A stretch of 64,000 nt of DNA, taken from positions 368,032,001 through 368,096,000 of the forward strand of contig OZ024741.1 of assembly GCA_964016885.1 (NCBI GenBank), written 5' to 3'. Below are positions 12,350-26,200 of this stretch, piece by piece. Position numbers and translations under genes: made by a program. Under the pieces are notes generated by a model. It saw only the letters and a program-made list of their open reading frames with translations. It was not told the origin of the DNA and did not search any database. The number at the start of each line of letters is the position of its first letter. The first letter of the stretch is position 1. Source of the stretch: Eledone cirrhosa (taxonomy: Eukaryota).

Positions 12350-13148
12350 CCACATACTCCCTCCACAACACTAATATCAAGAAGTCTTGTGAACGTGACC
12401 TGGGCATTACGGTCAGCAGCGATTTGCGTTGGACGAAGCACGTCCCTAAAATTGTCAAGAAGGCCGAAGGTGTCTTAGCATCACCCAGCAAGACCTTTGT
12501 CAGCCGCTCTCCAGCTATCTATTTAAAGCTGTATATAGCTATGGTGCGGCCACACTTAGAATTTGCATCACCAGTCTGGAACCCCTATCTTGATCAGAAC
12601 ATTGACCGCCTGGAAACTGTTCAGAGACGTGCAACCAAGCGAATACCCTCCATCAGGCATCTACCATACTCTGAATGCCTTGCTTCCCTGGGCATGGATA
12701 CATTGAAGCTCCGACGTCTGGCAACTGACTTGGTAAACAACCAAAAAATTATTAGCCATCTAACAACAACCCTGAGTACCTTTTTGATTTCCATGTGTCT
12801 AACACACGTGGGCATGCCCACAAAGTCAGAAAACAGCACAGCTCCCATGACTTTCGGAAACATTTTTTCACGCTCAGAGTTGCTGAAGCATGGAACAAAC
12901 TACCTGCATCGGTTGTTAGCTGTTGAAACACTGCATCCTTTAAAACCTCCATGTTTCCCGAGATTCGCCAACACTACACCTAATATTCCCCCTCCATACA
13001 CATACATACATGTATATCATGACTCATACACTATTCACTTCCCTGACATTTGTATATTATTCTATCTACTATACATGCACCTTTGACGAGTTGTAGTGCA
13101 CCTGAGCACTTTACACAATAATTTCATTATTATTATTATTATTATTAT
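12350..13148 (+). mobile_element. CR1-clade LINE 3' fragment
   Basis: ERDLGI...LYIAMVRPHLEFASPVWNPY...LETVQRRATKRIP; 3' motif GTAGTGCACCTGAGCACT and (ATT)n tail. Confidence 0.9.
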
Positions 13149-14084
13149 CACCATTATCATCATCATTTAATATCCATTTTTTCATGCTGGCATAGATTGG
13201 ACTGGTTGTCACAAACCAAATCAGTACTTAATTTAAGCTGCTACCCATCTAGACAGGCCAGAGGTCATATCTTGCTTACATATGTTCTTGTTTGGTATTA
13301 GCTTCTATAACTGGATACCCTTCTAAATACCAGCCACCTCACAGAGTACACTGGGTGCATTTTATTGTGGCGCCTGCACTAGAACAGTTGTAATGTCCTT
13401 GACATAACTGAAGAGTCGTCTCAACTATCTTGAAATTTGAAGGATGTGTGGGATAATGTAGTCCCAGCTATACAAACAATGGAGTGGGTGCTGCTAGAAT
13501 GTCTATGATCATTGATCCAGATTGACTTGGGGATAACAACAACAGCAAGTAACAACATTACCTAAAACAAAAGAACTACATTTTATTATATCACTGGTAA
13601 AAGAAAAACCAGACATACCCCACCATGATAAAAAGCACTCGGTCCACCCTGTAAGGTGGTAGTGCTTGTGCCATGGTAAAATGGATAGTATGAGCAAGAT
13701 TTAGTTACCTGACCAGTCTAGCTCTGAAAAATGACAATATGTCTAACCCATGCAAGCATGGAAAGTAGACATTTAACAATGATGATGATGATGATGTGCT
13801 CTCTCTCCCACTCACATCATTGATTTACTTTCCCTGTCCAACCAATGCCTTCATGAAAAGTTGGGCACTCCACATAATATACTGCCAACACACCACTTTC
13901 TTTAAGGCCTCCTCCATGAACTGATGTTTATTCTCCCTTGGCAAGCTTGCTTATCCATAGGATGCTGACTCTGTGTCTTAGCAAGCATTATGTAACTCCT
14001 CCCTCCTCTCATATTACACTTCCATTCACATCACTGCCTCCCCAGCCTGGCCAACAACACAATGAGCATCTTATTGTTATAATG

Positions 14085-14380
14085 AGGTAGTACTGGCGCC
14101 ACAACAAAATAAACCTTGCCACAATAAAATGTTCCCAGTCCATCCTGTAAGGTAATAGTGTTTGTGCCACAACAAAAAAGTAGCCAGTCAACCCTGTAAA
14201 GTATTAGTGCTGATGCCACAATAAAATGTTTCCAGGACCACATTGTAAAGTGGTTGGCATTAGGAAAGGCATCCAGCCATAGAAACCAAACTAAAAATGG
14301 AACCTGAGCAAGATGTGGTCACTTGACTGGTCTAGCCTCAGAGCTACAGTGACAACCTGTCTAACCCATGATGATGATGT
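14085..14380 (+). mobile_element. non-autonomous RTE-tail element (representative copy)
   Basis: Tandem ~45-bp units (aaaa..cccagtc.accctgtaaggtggt..gctggtgccac), then ctgtaaagtggttggcattaggaa.ggcatccagcc and a (GAT)n tail; relatives ~2030-2400, 9890-10120, 11520-11735, 13150-13400(-), 13630-13796, 17860-18130(-), 27925-28163, 37320-37530(-). Confidence 0.75.
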
Positions 14381-16264
14381 CCTTTATAATACATCAGATA
14401 GATGTAGGATAATTTGATATGAACATTTGTTATGTCTGCAATATCAGATAACTAGAAAGTTAGTTTCCTAAATTCCTCCAAATTCTTAAATATTTTCAAC
14501 CTTTTTTGAAAATCCCAGGCAGTATCTTTTACTAGAACTATGGCAATAAAAAGGTTAAGGAGTAAGGAATGATATCTACATTGTAATCTGTGTGTGTATG
14601 TTGTATGAGATGGCAGCAAGTAGACTGTTAATGTAGGAAAGTGGGAGACAGAAGCAAACCTTGGTGTACGCTAGAATTGATATGGACTGGAGAGAGCTCC
14701 CACCAACACACACATACACAAACTATATTCACCCACAAACACACACACCTGCATAAACTGTCTGACTTACATTTTCCCTCTGTTCCTTTTGCTTTTTAAT
14801 TTTTTCCTTTTTTTTTACCCCATATTACATTAAAATACAATATTTATTCTCTTGTGACCTCTACCTATATATAATTATGTGTGTGTACACACACATACAG
14901 TTAAAGCTGTAAATTCTGCAATTTTCACTTTGTTCTCTCTCTCTCTCTCCCTCTCACTCTCTCCTCCTCTCACTCTCTCCTCCTCTCACTCTCCTCTCAC
15001 TCCCACCTCTCTCTCCCTCGCCATGTTAGCTACCATTTACAACCTGACTTACAACAGCCATGAGAGAAGTACTTTTGTCACACTTAACAAACTTACTTTG
15101 AGTTGAGGTGATGATGTGGGACTAGAATTTGAGGAACCAGTAATAGTTTGGGGAGGAGCAGGGATCAACCAGGACTTGCTGCTGCTGACAGGAGATCAGT
15201 AAAATAATCTGAATATGATGTGGAGGGGGTGTGGTAGATGAGTTCTTATTTTTATGAATTATTTATACTTATTTCAAGATTCATGCATTTAAATTTCACA
15301 ACTATTCTGTAGACAGTGTTGTTGTTGTTCTTGTTCTGCCAGGTTAGCCCTGATTGAACAGAACTATAATTAAGAACATTCTAACTGTGACCATCTTGTA
15401 TTTGTTTATGCATTGCAGGGCTGGTGCTAATCATTAGACTAGCTAGTTAGCTATCTAAAGTGCCGACATCAGAGAGGTGAATTACTGAATCTTAAAAGAT
15501 AACAGTTTTATTCAAATTTGTGTAATTAAAATATAAATATAACAATACCCTATGATCAATAGACATCTATGCCACATCTCAACATTGTAGAAATAACATG
15601 ATTGGCATAGGTGAGTGTAGTCTGTCTAGTGAAAAATGCTGGCTTAGTAATTTTCTTAGTGTGGTCAGAGCAAGAGGTATTTAGAAAAATGGGGCACATA
15701 ACTGGAAGAAGGGAACTCACATTGTAGAGCTAGACTGAGCACTAAATACCCAGGTGCCAGTTCTGTTGCCAGGGGGAACTCGTCCAATTTGTCCTTTTTT
15801 TTTTCAAAGAAAGTGCTGTGACTTTTGAGGGAGATTTAGCTACTATTTCTAATAAGTTGCTTAACCATGTAGATCAGAGGTGGGAAAACTTGTGTACCCT
15901 TAGGAGCAATATACAAGTACATAAGACCTGGTAAGGATGTGATATCTGTGCTGAGAAAATAATGAATCATTAATTATATAAACTCATATGTAATTTATAT
16001 TAAATAAAAGGAGGGGCTAATAGTTGAGAAAATATGTCATGGGTCACAATAATTAAAATACAACTGTTTATATTCTGTGTGCGCGATCTGTTAAAGGCTT
16101 TCATGGGTAAACTGTGTTCCGCAAGTTGCAAGTGAACCATTTGGCTTTCTGAATGGCACACCTAATTTCAAAATTGCCTTGAATTTTTTAGTACTGTGGC
16201 CTATCCTATATGGCCTACTGTTTGAAAAAGGTTACTTATGTCTGGTTTAAGGGTTAGTCCAGCT

Positions 16265-16625
16265 CATGGGCAGCATGGAGAAGATATTGCTCTAGACAAT
16301 GGCAAAGGAGATGCACTGGAACAGCCACTCCACCTTGTGGGGCTCACACTTGCAGGTAACCAACTCTGCCCCAATAGCAGAGAATAGGGACTTGGTCTAG
16401 GGGCAGGGCCTATGAGAGGAGGGGCTACAGCCAGTACTTTGTTCCGAGGCCCAAGAGCTAAGAAGGCTCCACAGCAACCATGCAATATCCATTTTGAGAA
16501 AAATCTTTGCCTGCTTTGGGCCCGAAAGGGGTCTTGTACCACCTTGCAAAATTTCTCTTAGAGGCCCTGTCCAGAGGCCAAGAATGCCAGAAGTTTCCAC
16601 TGTCACAGGCTCAGCCACAAACCTA
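16265..16625 (-). mobile_element. second CRE-like RLE fragment, split by a MITE
   Basis: PVTVETSGILGLW on one side of the MITE and EWLFQCISFAIV*SN on the other, matching the 21442 element. Confidence 0.6.
16404..16569. mobile_element. hAT-like MITE
   Basis: TIRs CAGGGCCTaTGAGAG / CTCTTAGAGGCCCTG; imperfect 8-bp TSD tctagggg / tccagagg. Confidence 0.55.
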
Positions 16626-19473
16626 TCAGAGAGCAGTAAATCAATTACTTATATTAATTATATTAATTACTTGTATGAAACAACAGTTTTGGTCATAAGA
16701 AGGATTAAACTTTGTTGTTCTGGTTTTTCTTCTCTTTTATATGAAATTTTAGACATTTTGTCAGTGGGTAGTTCCAAATTCAAGCTTGATGAATTGACAT
16801 AGTCTTTAGAACATCCCTTAGAATGCTTCACAGTATTCGTTTTAACTCCCTGCATGCTGGGTTCATATCCCTCCAAGGTCAACTTTACTTTTCATCCTTT
16901 TGAAGTACCAGTCCAGTACTAGAGTTAATCCTCCTTCCCCAACTCCTCTTTCTCTGGAAGTATTCAGCTGTGCTTAGATGGGCTCTGCCAAGTTTAAAGT
17001 GCTAAAGAGACACTGTGTAAAATTTGCCTCATTTATTTGCAAACATCTCTAAAGACAACAAGCAGGTCATCTTGTGTGACTTCACTGTGGTTGTAAGTAC
17101 AGAAAATGTGTTAGGTAAGAATGGTACAGGCATTAAAGCCCCTTCCTCAAAGCCTTTAGAATATATGACTTCTCGATCATGAATACTATATTTCATCTTC
17201 CAGACTTTAACATGACAATATAAATGCTTCATAGATAGATGGTAGACAGGTAGGGAGGTAGGTATGTAGGCAGGCTGGTAGGTATGTTAGTGTGTGTGTG
17301 TGCATGCATGCCTGCCTGTGTATTCAACAAATTATCATCTGGGTAAACAAAAAACATGTAGCTGCATAAAACTTAAACTATGGATTGTATATCCTAGTTA
17401 CAACATACATATATGCATTCATGCATACATAGATACATATATATGAAAAGGAAAAAAATCAACTCTTGCTCTCCGCTGCTCCACACACTCTTATTCTATC
17501 TGTTGTATTGAATCAATCAACATTCATAGTCTAAGGAGGAGATTGAAACATCTCTCTCCCCAGTCCTCAGCCAACCACATATTTTCAGATATTTTCCTCC
17601 CTGTTTGCAACAATAAACATCTCTCTCCCCATTTTTCCCAGACCTCAGTCAACCACATATTTTCAGTTATCTTCCTCCCTGATCATCACTTTACCTCCTT
17701 GTGCACTCCCTACACCTCTTTTACCAGATGTTTGTTCATCCATGACTATATCCACCAGAAGAAGTAGTGTTGTAGCATGGTTTCACCTTACCACTACATG
17801 TTCTACCATTTTAAATGGTATTTCTTTAATCAATTGCAAAATCATCAACATCATTGTCATTTAATTCCTGTTTTTCTGGATGGGTTGTCACAGACCATGG
17901 CAGTAGTGAATTGGCACCACTGACCTCTCAGATGGGCTAGGGGCAGCATCTTGCTTCCATATGTAGTTGCACCCTGCAGAATGTGCTGAGTGCATTTTAT
18001 CATGGCACCAGCACCAGGGAGGCTGTCATGTTTTGGACACAACTGAAGAGTCCCCTCAACTCTTTGTTAGGCAAGTTTTCTATAGCTGGATAACCATCTT
18101 AACACCAACTGCTTCACAGAGTGTACTGGGTGAAGTATATACATTTGTAATATCAAAATGAAAAAAAGGGAAAAAATAAAAAAGGGGAAATGAGGAGAGT
18201 AACCCCAAATATTTGGTTGGGCAGTCTCTCAGCTGTGCCCCGCAGACAAGATGGTGAGAGCAGAGAACCATTTAACAATTGGTCGGAAAGCTTCCCAGTG
18301 GTTCATAATCTTCCTATAAAGGTGTGAAAAGCCACACCTGGCACTCATATTTGTATTATTATATTTTTACTTTAAGATTTTCTGTTTTTCTATTTTTCTT
18401 TCTTCTCACACCCACCTTCTCTCACAATCCATCCACATTAGTTGCACACAGACAGACACATATTAGCACCCCACTACACACACACACACACCTGTTAAAG
18501 GCAGACAATTTGTGCTACTTTATTTCATCTAGTTCTCATTGTAGATAGAAAGCAACAGCAGAGTGAGAGGATGAGAGAAGGAGAGCAACAGAGCAGGAGA
18601 GAGAAATAGGGACGGAGAGACAGATAAGAGGGAAAAGATAGAGAGGGGGTAAAAACTTCAGATAGAGGGGAAAGAATGAGAGAAACAGATGGGTGGAGAG
18701 AGAGAGAGAGATGAGGAGAGGGATGGGCAGAGAAGGGGGAGAGAGTGAGTCAAATAAGTGGAAGAGATTGAGAGTGGAATAGAAACAAAGAGGGAGAGAC
18801 AGAAATAGACAGAGACGATGTGGGATATTTGATAGAAATAAAACATGTCAGTTTATGCCAAACATTGATTTTTAGATATTTTGTTTTATTTATTTATATC
18901 TTGTTTTTTTTATGTTCCTGGTTTAGAATAGGGATTTGCTTTGCTTTGGGTGGAAAAGATGGGAAGATGTTATGTGGATGGATGACAGGAAATAAGGGAG
19001 ATGCCCTGGTTATATATGGAAGATATCTGGCGTACACACAATATTTAAACCCTACTTTGATATTGAGTATTTATTCTCACATACATATATAACATATGTG
19101 TGTGTATATATGTGTGCATGTATATGTGTGTGTGTGTGTGTGTGGATTTCTATGTTGGCCTGTGTGAACAGGAAAGGTGAGTCATAGATGTGAGTGTGGA
19201 TGGGGAAGGACTCAGGGATGGGTGGGGAAGATTAATAAAAGAAGGTCCATCCTAGCTTTCCATGCTGACATTGGTTAGATGAGAGAAGGTATGTCAACTG
19301 GGCCAATTGGGGTGGGGTAGCCAGGGAAATTGGGAGTATATTGGCAGTCAGAGACTTAAATGTTCCACCTGTCTGCTTCTTTGGCTTTAACCCTTTAGTA
19401 TTTACATTACTTTATATATATATACTATTGTATTTTCGCAGTAAAGGCTTTATCTTACATAATATCTCACATC

Positions 19474-19768
19474 CATGACTTTCGGAACCATTTTTTCATG
19501 CTCAGAGTTGCTGAAGCATGGAACAAACTCCCGGCATCAGTTGTTAGCTGTCGAGACACTGCATCCTTTAAAACCTCCATGCTTTCTGAAATTCGCCAAA
19601 ACTACACCTGATATCCCCCCTCTGTACACATGCACACATGTATATCATGACTCATACACTATTCACTTCCCTGACATTTGTACATTATTCTACGTACTAT
19701 ACATGCACTTTTGATGAGTTGTAGTGCACCTGAGCACTGTACACAATAATTTCATTATTATTATTATA
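19474..19768 (+). mobile_element. CR1-clade LINE 3' fragment nested in a piggyBac-like MITE
   Basis: Same 3' end as 12845-13148; splits the MITE at ~19387-19911. Confidence 0.85.
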
Positions 19769-20179
19769 ATATCAAATTTATGAGATTTTGATTATTTATT
19801 TTAAGAACAATACCTTAACATAAGTATGAATGGCCAGTTACAGCCAGTTTAGACTGAAAGAGGTGAGAGAATTCTGGCCAGATACAGCCAGTTTAAATGT
19901 TAAAGGATTAAGGTAGACAAGAGGGGTGTTGGGACCATATTGTCAGATGATGACCATCTCCATGCAGTCTAGCATGTCACCAGGTATCTTGATCCTGGGT
20001 CATCTTCATCTGCATGAGGTCGGCCTTCACTACATCATCCCAAGTTTTCCTAGGTTTTCCTCTTCCAAATGTTCTTCAAGATTTCTTTATGCAGCTGTCA
20101 TTATGATGATTGTGATGAGATATATATATAACAGGTTTATTTGCAATTTATTGAACTCTAACCTTCTTTGAACTTTCAG

Positions 20180-20361
20180 TTATTGGCATCTGAAAGAGAG
20201 AAGATACTAACAGCTTTAAAAGAGAAAGAAGGAGAGACTGAGACATTATCAAAGAAAAATGAGACATTGGCCCAGACCACAGCAAACCTTCGGCATACAC
20301 TGGGAACTATAGAATTGAAAACTAAAGAACTACTATATGAAAAGGCAGAGGCAGAGAAACA
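20180..20361 (+). CDS. PLEKHD1: PLEKHD1-like exon 8 (coiled coil)
   Basis: ctttcag / gtaagt; LLASEREKILTALKEKEGETETL...ELLYEKAEAEK(Q). Confidence 0.9.
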
Positions 20362-20759
20362 GTAAGTTAAACAATTTATATATTTTGTGGGGAAGGAAGA
20401 TTTTTTTTTTTTTTCATGTGTGGTTGATTGGCAGAGTTGTTAATGCATCAGATTAAATGCTTCAATATTTGTTCCAGCTCACTGCTCTCACCGCACCCTG
20501 AGTTCAAACCTTGCCAAAGTCCAGTTTGCTTTTCATCCTTTTGAGGTTGATAAATAATGTACTAGTCCAGAAGTCTAGAATTGGTGGATTGACAGAATTA
20601 TTAAGGAGTCAGATGAGATGTTTTGTGGTGTCTGATCCAGCTCAGTGTTCTGTGTTCAAATCCTGCCTCCTGCCAAGACTTGTCACCAGCAGATAGTATC
20701 AGCAATAGAAACAGTTTCCTTGGTCAGATCTGACAATCAGCTCCTTTATTTTCAATGCT

Positions 20760-20985
20760 ATATGTTGTAGATAAGTTCTGTGATATGTTGTATATAAATT
20801 TTGCTACATGTTGTACATAAATTATACTACATGCTGTACATAGGTTTTGCTACATGTTGTATATAAGTTTTGCTACATGTTGTACATAAATTAGGCTACG
20901 CGCTGTATATAGGTTTTGCTATATCTTGAACATAGGTTTTGTTACATGTTGTTCATGGGTTTTGTTAACATGTTGTACATAGGAT
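20760..20985. repeat. minisatellite, ~22-bp unit
   Basis: acatgttgtacataggttttgct. Confidence 0.8.
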
Positions 20986-21441
20986 ATGCAAGATGAGGTC
21001 GTCTGACCAGTCTAGGAGGGTAATAATCCCAAATAAGAATTCAGATTATAATGATCTAATCAAAACATATCAGCTTGAAATAAGGATAATGATACTGGGC
21101 GTGGCTTGAGGAAGATTTGACTGTGATTTCTAGTAGTTCAATTGACTACATGACTCAATGTTGTAGTTGTGTTATTGTTGATGTTGTTGATATTCGTATT
21201 GTTGACGTTGTTCATGTTATTGTTGAGGTTGTTTTGTTGTTGTAGGTGTTATTGTTGACATTATATTGTTGTTGACATTGCTGATGTTATTAATGACGTT
21301 ATTGTTAACTTAACAGCCTGTACCACATGAAACTGCATTAGCTAGACATTTTTGCAAAGTATAACACAGCACTCTAACTACATCACATTAAAAATTAAAG
21401 TTTTTTCTATAGTTTACTGCAAATTTTTACAACAATTTGTC

Positions 21442-22025
21442 AATGGAATCACCCTCTTTCCATTCGAAGGAGGTAGATCTCTCATCTGGGACGCCACCTG
21501 CTGCGACATGTTCTCCACCTCCAACTTAGTCGCTTTGGCCACAAACCCGGCATCACAGCCAACCTCGCAGAAGAACATAAAATAAACAACTACTGGGGTT
21601 TATCCGGCCATTTCCTTTTGCACCACTCACCATCAAGACCTCAGGCATACTTGGACCTCGTACTGCTGAGTTCCTCCGCAAGATCAGAGCATTGGCAGCC
21701 CGTCTGAAGAGGGAGCCCTGCAAGATTGGGTGGTTGTTGCAGCGGGTGTCACTGGCCATTGTCCAGGGAATGCTTTCGCCGTCTTGTCAGCAGGCCACAG
21801 CACTTCTGCCCTCTTGCCCTAGGCCGAAAGCCCAATCACCCTCCCCCTTCACTATTCTTCCCTCTTCTGCGAAACCAGAGCTCTTGCCATCCCCTCCCCT
21901 TCTTTTTCTTCTCCTTTTCTCTCTTTCTCCTTTTTTTTCTGTATTTTTTGTTCTATATTAATCAATTCTTTCTTTCTTTTTGTTTCCCCTTCTTTTTTAT
22001 TATTTGTATATTGAAAATAAACATG
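21442..22025 (+). mobile_element. CRE-clade non-LTR retrotransposon 3' fragment (restriction-like endonuclease domain)
   Basis: Decayed NGITLFPFEGGRSLIWDATCCD...KTSGILGPRTAEFL...WLLQRVSLAIVQG, followed by a pyrimidine-rich 3'UTR. Confidence 0.75.
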
Positions 22026-22630
22026 TATATATTTGTCTATTAGAAAAGATACTATAAACATTTGAATTAACAACCTCGTTTTTAGATATTTTCTACTCAA
22101 TCATTATACAATGTTAAGAGTTAATGTTATTGTAGTTATAAGGGCGGTGTATTGGCAGTATAGGTACAGCATCGGACACTATACTTCGTGACACAGTCAC
22201 GGCCCTTTACGTTCTTCTGTATTCAAATCCCGCCAAAGTTAGCTTTGCCTTTCATCCTTACAGGGTCGATAAAATAAAGTACCAGAAATACACTGGGGTC
22301 AATTTAATCGACTTTCCCCTCCCCCAAAATTGCTGACATTCTACCTATAGTAGAAACAATTATTAATTTTGTTATATAAGTCTGGTAGATTGACAGAATT
22401 GGTAGAGCATCAGATAAAATGCCATTGCAGTATTTGTTCTGGTTCTTTACATTTTGTGTTCAAATCCCACCAGTGTCACCATTACCTTTCATCTTTCTGA
22501 GGTTAACAAAATAAAGTACCAGTCAAGTACTGGGGTTGATTTAATTGATTTTCCCCCTTGTCACAAATTGTTGGCTTTGTACCTATATTAGAAAACATTA
22601 CTAATGTTGTTATTGCTATTGTGATTTCAG

Positions 22631-22721
22631 ATTGTCAGAAAATGATGAAAGAACTTGTCAGTTAAAGTCTGAGAAGGAATATTTTAGTGACCAAGCTCAC
22701 ACAATGCAAGCTACAATTTTG
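22631..22721 (+). CDS. PLEKHD1: PLEKHD1-like exon 9
   Basis: atttcag / gtaatg; LSENDERTCQLKSEKEYFSDQAHTMQATIL (cf. [21 protein letters not shown]). Confidence 0.9.
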
Positions 22722-23008
22722 GTAATGTCTTAAATTCCCATTCAGAATGTGTGTGTGTGTTTTAAGTATTTCAGAAAACCAGCTCAATGCAGTAGAAATA
22801 TATATAAAGGGCAAAAGGTGACAAATAAAACAAAAACAAAGTAATGTTCTTCTTACCCAGTATATTTCAACATAATGTTTCATGGTTAATACCCTCTTTT
22901 CAAATGCAAAAACATTTTTTACATATCTCACAATGCTTTATATTAACTATACTACTATACATACATACATACATATATATATATATAGAGAGAGAGAGAG
23001 ATACATAC

Positions 23009-23041
<33 letters not shown>

Positions 23042-23204
23042 TACATACATACATATCTCTATATATATATATAGAGAGAGAGAGTCATCTGAATCTTTCT
23101 AACTGAAACTCTCTCTCTCTCTATGTTAGTTTCAGAAGATCCCGTTAAGGGTGAAAGCAGCAATTCTTTGCTTAAACTTTAATCTGTTATTTTAATAAAT
23201 ATAT

Positions 23205-26200
23205 CATCATCATCATCATCATCAACGTTTAACGTCCGTGTTCCACGCTTGCATGGGTTTGGACGGGGGTAGTCCCACTTGAGGCAAGAGTGATTTTCTT
23301 GCTCGCATAGGACTGTCTGGCAGGTTTTCTACAGTTGGATGCCCTTCCTAACACCAACCACATTTACAGTGTGGGTCTGGGAGGTTTTTACCGTGTTGCC
23401 TACACGGCCACATTACAGCGTGGACTGTGTGTTTTTTTGTCGTGACACCTACACGATCTCATTTGTTTCGGCCTGGATGGCGCGGCACCAACATAACTTT
23501 ACATAGAACGGGGCGGTGTGGATGGGGTGGCGGTTGTGGTGGTGGGACGGGGTGTATTTTGTTAGAGATGCCTACTGGCAAGGCGGGTCTTCTCTATTAC
23601 TGAGTACCGCCAAAGGTCTCGGTCCAGTGACATTGTCTTGGTGAGGTGTAAGTGTGTGAGGTCGGTGTTTATCAGCTCGTCCCAGGTTTTTCTGGGTCTG
23701 CCTATTCCGTGGCTACCGTCTATCTTTATTGCCCTGCACTTTGTTATACAGCTATCATCCTTCATGCGCATCACGTGACCATACCAACGTAGCCTTCTCT
23801 CTAGTAAACAACATCTGATCCCTCTTATTTCTAATTTTTTCCTTAGTTCGTTTATGCTTTGTCGTTCACGTATATTACTATTACACATCCAGCAGAGCAT
23901 GCAAGCTTCGTTTCTCTCTAGTCTGCGTATATCCTCTGCATACAATGCCCAGGTCTCACTGCCATGCAACATTGCTGTTCGTATGCAGGCATCGTACAGC
24001 CTGCCTTTCATTTTTAGGGAGAACCCTTTAGCGGCTAATAGTGGTATAAGCTCTCTGAACTTTTTCCACCCAGTTCTGACTCTAGCTACTGTACTTTCAG
24101 AGCACCCTCCCCCACTGCTGATTTTGTCACCCAGGTAACGGAAGCTGTCCACTATTTCTATAGAACCCTCTGCGCAGTTGAAAGAGCTAGTATTTTGTGG
24201 GCACTTGCTGCTACTTATATCCCCAGAACACCGGCCACATGTAAAATCTATGTTCTTAGTTAGCTTACCTGTGATCCCACTACATCTTTTATGCACCCAA
24301 ACTTTGCATTTGAGACACAAAATGGAATTTCTACCTACGCCTTTCCTACACTCTGCGCATGGCCACTTCCCGGAGGGGACCGCCGCCTTATTTTCTTTCT
24401 TACAAACTAGAACTTTAGTCTTAGCTAGGTTAATTTTAAGGCCTTTTGATTCTAGGCCGTGCTTCCATGTTTGGAATTTCTTCTCTAGCTCGGCCATTGA
24501 TTCAGCTATGAGCGTTAGATCATCTGCGTATAGGAGTTCCCATGGGCAGCCGGTCTTGAACTCCACTGTTATAGCCTGGAGGGCAATAATAAATAGTAGG
24601 AGGCTAAGAACAGAGCCCTGATGAACACCAACTTTTACACTAAACTCTTCACTATATTCGTTGTTAATTCTAACCTTGCTAACTGTTTCTTTATACATGG
24701 CTTGTATAGCTCTCACAAGCCATTCATCAACACCTAGTTTTCTAAGAGCCCACCAGATAATGGAATGGGGGACTCTGTCGAAGGCCTTCTCCAAGTCGAC
24801 GAAAGCTAAGTATAGGGGTTTACTTTTAGCTAGGTACTTCTCCTGTAGTTGTCGTACAATGAAAAGAGCGTCTGTGGTACTTTTTCCTGACACAAACCCG
24901 AACTGCATTTCATCTAGATCAATTCTCTCTCTGATTAGTTGCGCTATAACTTTTTCCGTGACCTTCATGACCTGGTCGATTAATTTAATGCCTCTATAGT
25001 TACTCCTATCTAGGGCATCTCCTTTTCCCTTATAACAGTTAACGATAATGCTGCTGCGCCAGTCCTTCGGAACAACCCCATTCTGTATGACTTGGTTGAC
25101 TATCCGGGTGACCATGGTGTGTCCCACCGTACCAGATGCCTTCAGCATCTCGGCAACTATTTCCGAAGGCCCAGCCGCCTTGCCTGTCTTCATATCTTTG
25201 ATTGCCTTACTTATTATACTACCCTCGACTAACACTGCTGGTCCCTCTATTGGGTCGATGTGGGGGAGACTGTCTTTCTCCCATTTATTCTCCTCATTTA
25301 GTAGCCTTTCATAGTGACACTTCCAAGCTACCTTCTTATCGGCGTCGGTGATGGCAAGTATGCCGTCATCGTTAAGTACACACTTCTCCCCGACAATATC
25401 ACTGTTTTCCTTGACACATTGCCTAGCAATCCTGAACACCTCACGTTTTTGGTCATCGCGTTGTAGAACATGCTTGAACTTTCTTTCCTCTGCTTCCCTT
25501 CTTGCGAAGTACACTTGTGTCCTAGCTTCCCTCCTGGCCACTTGATAGTCTTCTCTGCTTCTCCCATCCCGCCATACTTTCCAAGCCTGCTTTTTGGCCT
25601 TAATTGACCCCTCCACCTTACTGTTCCACCACCATGTTACTCTCCTCCTGCCTACAGGCCTGCTCCAGCCACAGACTTCGTCTGCCGCCGTCAGCAGGTT
25701 TGCTTTCAGGAATTCCCACTGTTCCTCTACCTTGTACGTCTCTAATTGCTCTTCCTCACTGTCGAAAGCATCAAGTAATATGCTTTGGAATTTACTTTTG
25801 GCTGTGGGGTCCTTTAGCTTCCATATTTTTCTCCTGAGGATAGTCCTCTTCTGTTGTCTAGTACGTCTCGTCCTGACTATTAGGTCGCTAATTATCAGTC
25901 TATGTTGGGAAGTGCATTCTTCATGGGGGAGGGATTTAGTGTTTACGACAGTCACTTTGTCACGTCTTCTGGTAAGGATATAATCTACCTGGCTAGTATG
26001 TTCCCCTGATCTGTAGGTGATCAAGTGATTGTCTCGTTTTTTGAAGTTAGTGTTGCAGATAGTTAGGTTATTTGCGTCGCAGAATTCCAGGATTCTTGAG
26101 CCTTCCTCATTTCTAGTACCAAACCCATAGCCTCCATGGATTTCGTCGTAGCCGTCACAATGTTGTCCAACGTGACCGTTTAGGTCGCCTGCAATAATTA

